A stretch of 64,000 nt of DNA from Sphaerodactylus townsendi (taxonomy: Eukaryota), in NCBI RefSeq assembly GCF_021028975.2, contig NC_059437.1, positions 34,968,001 through 35,032,000 of the forward strand, given 5' to 3'. Shown here piece by piece: positions 60,971 through 64,000 of this stretch. The translations under genes were made by a program, and so were the position numbers. The stretch's first letter is position 1. The number at the start of each line of letters is the position of its first letter. Below the pieces are notes generated by a model. That model had not been told where the DNA came from. It did not search any database and worked only from the letters and a program-made list of their open reading frames with translations.

Positions 60971-63549
60971 GGCTGACTAGCTTATTTGATTGCTTGCTTG
61001 GAGGCCTTCAAAATGAATTCCAACCCAATTCCAATTAACCAGCTGTCTTTAAAAAAGATTTTTCCTCCTTTTTCTTCTAAACTGGAGTCTGGCATCTTTC
61101 TCTCCAAGCAGCAGAACTAGTAGTCTCTTGTATGTCCACAATGTTAGCAATAAAAACCTAAGTTGGTTAGCTCACCCCATCATTAGACAGGACAGAATAG
61201 AGTTTAACAGGGCAGTTCCGCAAGTTTCTTTATTAGTAGGGATCATTCGTGTGTGAGGCTTGTTTCTAAATAGCCTGATCCAAGAAGCATGTTTTTCCCC
61301 CTTTAAATTTATTGGGTTTATGGTTATGCACACTTATGCAGATTAAATCTGTTAAATATTTAGCTGAATGGCTTCCCTTGCTTTAAAATCCTAACAAGGG
61401 CTCTTGAAATCTGTATCAATGTTTGCAGCAGGTTTTGAAGTTAGGAATTGATTCATAGGGTATCATTTCTATGAAGCTGGAGGGGTCTTTAAACATACAA
61501 GTTGCTTTTAGACCCAAACCAGAGTATCCAGTTGGACAGGTTCAGCTCACCTGCCTTTGCATCAGGCTTAACAACTGAACTGAAGAGTTGTTATATCTCC
61601 CTGTCTCTCCAGATTCCATTGAGCTCTGTGTAATTGGCTGAGGACAGAAAAACTGGGGGAGGAGGGTGGGATAATTAGTTTCCAAGCAGCTTTTGGGTTT
61701 CAGACAATGCAAGGCTTTCTTCCCACCAGGAAATTAAAAAAAAAAACACCCTCCCACTAAGAAAGTCTGCAGCTTTTTAGGCTTCCTGTATTCCAAACCA
61801 GGCTGGAAAAACAGACCTAGCACAACAGTAATTTTCAGTTTCTATTGCATTCTGTAATGGAGATTCTTAGAATTAGTAGGATTAAAGTTGCAGTTTTGAC
61901 AAATACAATTACTTGGGAATTATTTGAACTCTGTGGGTTCACTTAGAAAGCAACAACAATAACAAGCCTTTATTGGCATATAACACTTAGAAAGCATGCA
62001 ATCCAGCAAATATTAGTTTTGGATAAGGGCTCTTAAAATCAAAGGAATATGAGCATGAAGCCCAATTCTTTACATGTTTACTTGGAACGAAGTTCCACTG
62101 AGTGTAGCAGATTTTATTCCTCAGTAAGTGTGCATGGGTTTGCAGGCTAAGGAGGAGGTAATTTCTATTCCTGCCATGGCAAGGATGTTTTCTGTGGTGA
62201 CCTCATCTTTAGAATGGGCTGCCTCTTCTCTTACCCAATTCAGGTGATAGGGTAAGGCTGTATTGTTCAGATAGGCCCTTTCCTGACTTGTTCCTATCGG
62301 TGTTTAGTTGTGTGGTTGTTTTTAATATATCAAGTGTCTGGTCACCTTTGAGCAGCAGAGAAAAACATTGCAAAAACATAGTAAGTAAAATAACTTAAAT
62401 CCTTTTGATTTCAATGGAATATCACATCTGGCATGTGCTACGTTTTGTTCTGTGAGTAAGTTTGGAGTGAACTTGCATACAAGCAAGTGGCTCAGACCAT
62501 TTGTTTTTTCTCTTAAGGGAGAGAGATTCCAGGATGAGCCACCAGCTTTAAAAATGCTTTCAATGGCTTGTTGGGTACTTTTGAAACTCCAACACTATGA
62601 GTTAATTATTCTTAATTATTCTAACTTCCATTTTGCTAGAAAGCATTTTGCAATCTTTAAGATTTATTTTACTTATATTTACAATGTAGACACCCACTTT
62701 TCAAGCACAGCATTCAGGGGATCATTCAAAAGTGCTTCAAACATTAAACTGTGTTTAAATTAAATTTCTCTCAGGCAGCTTATATGCCTAAAATGTCATT
62801 TGTGTATGAAAAGCATTTTTTGCATCTCTAGATTCAGTAGAAATAGCAATTTTCTAAATGCTCTCCACTTATTGTGAATTAGGTAAAAATTGTATTAGTC
62901 TACATAAAATCCAACCCATCAACCCCCAATATCTGTTATGGAGGCAACTCCAAATGTCTCAATAAAAAGAGTTTCTATTATTTTATTTATTTTTATGGAT
63001 TAGATAGGTTTGATAATGCCTCAACTTGAAGCCTATTCTATTGCTTTGGAAATGTTTAGTTAACTGTAGCTGGTACCCTCCTCTAAGAAGAAATACTTGA
63101 TATAACTGGAATACTGAACACAAGATGCTTACATCCAGTTGAAATTTATATGTTTATTATATTTTACCGCATCCTTTCCTGCCATGGCTGGGCTCAGGTG
63201 GTTAAGTTGATGAGACATATAGGTCAATCCTAATAAGAGTTCCTCCAGTTTGATCCCATTCATTTCACTGGGTGTAGACTGGAATAACTTTACTTAAGAT
63301 TGCATTGTGAAGCTGCCTTTTTTTCCCATTGCAACTGTTATTTTCAAAGGAAATTTGTGGAATAGGTGTTTGTTTAGAGCATAAAATACTGTGAGCCACA
63401 TGGATAAAATATAACTGATTCTGTGAGTAAATTGCATAGCTTAGCTAATGTGTCAGCTGAACATCTTTATTGGTTTGGATGCTAAAGTAATGGCTAAGAT
63501 CAAGTATATTTTATATTCATTCATTCATTCTTCTTGTATATTTTTTAAG

Positions 63550-63613
63550 GCCTGACCACTTGAACGGGCACATCAAACAGGTGCACACGTCAGAGAGACC
63601 TCACAAATGTCAG
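63550..63613 (+). CDS. PATZ1: PATZ1 exon 2 (64 nt); gene continues beyond the window
   Basis: ttttaag|G CCT GAC: (R)PDHLNGHIKQVHTSERPHKCQ|gtagga; completes the finger begun in exon 1. Confidence 0.96.
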
Positions 63614-64000
63614 GTAGGAATGGTGGGGGAAAGGAGGGAATGTAATCCTGAAATAAGATATGAGCATGCAAAGAATGTGGAAATATGTTTTATGATAGCA
63701 GGAATGGCCGTTCCTTGCAAATGTCCCCAGGAGACTGCCTGCTCCTTCACATCTCTGTCTCTGCCCACCCCACCCTCATCCTGATGTCATCATTTCTGTC
63801 TCTGTCTCTTCTGCATCCCCTCCCCCTTCCCAGATGTTCCTTCCTGCTACTCTGGACAAGACCCCTCCCTGGATCTGTTTCTTTGCATCTTTGTCTTTGT
63901 CAGAATTGCAGATGGTTTCTCTATTCTCTTCTGTGTGCCCACCAACAGGTGGCTCACATCTCATCTTTTAATTTTAAGAAAATTCTAGTTAGTAATTGCA

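Noticed and set aside
1-64000. A novel multi-gene or prokaryote-style system (CRISPR, defence island, provirus)
   Set aside because: Four known syntenic vertebrate genes plus typical squamate repeats explain the window; no repeat-spacer array, LTR pair or viral ORF is visible.

Overview
Vertebrate genomic DNA, almost certainly a squamate reptile (repeat content suggests a gecko; inference). It carries the conserved amniote gene block SFI1 - EIF4ENIF1 - DRG1 - PATZ1 (as on human 22q12). Contents: the 5' part of SFI1 (minus strand, runs off the left edge); a complete EIF4ENIF1/4E-T gene (plus, 18 coding exons, 2940 nt, 979 aa); a complete DRG1 gene (minus, 9 coding exons, 1104 nt, 367 aa); and the first two coding exons of PATZ1 (plus). 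I placed exon boundaries by hand from GT/AG sites and phase continuity. Orthology calls rest on my recollection of the human proteins, not on a database search. Introns and intergenic DNA hold SINEs (tRNA- and 5S-derived), CR1/L2/L1 fragments, hAT and Harbinger-type MITEs, Penelope-type fragments and a probable non-autonomous Helitron. I see no convincing novel multi-gene system. Best second-look items: a 15-Ala tract in PATZ1; an in-frame SFI1 N-terminal extension with an X-box nearby; MITEs with paired ZNF143/THAP11-type motifs; Penelope hammerhead relics; an L1-in-MITE-in-L2 nest; and a possible decayed coding block between EIF4ENIF1 and DRG1.
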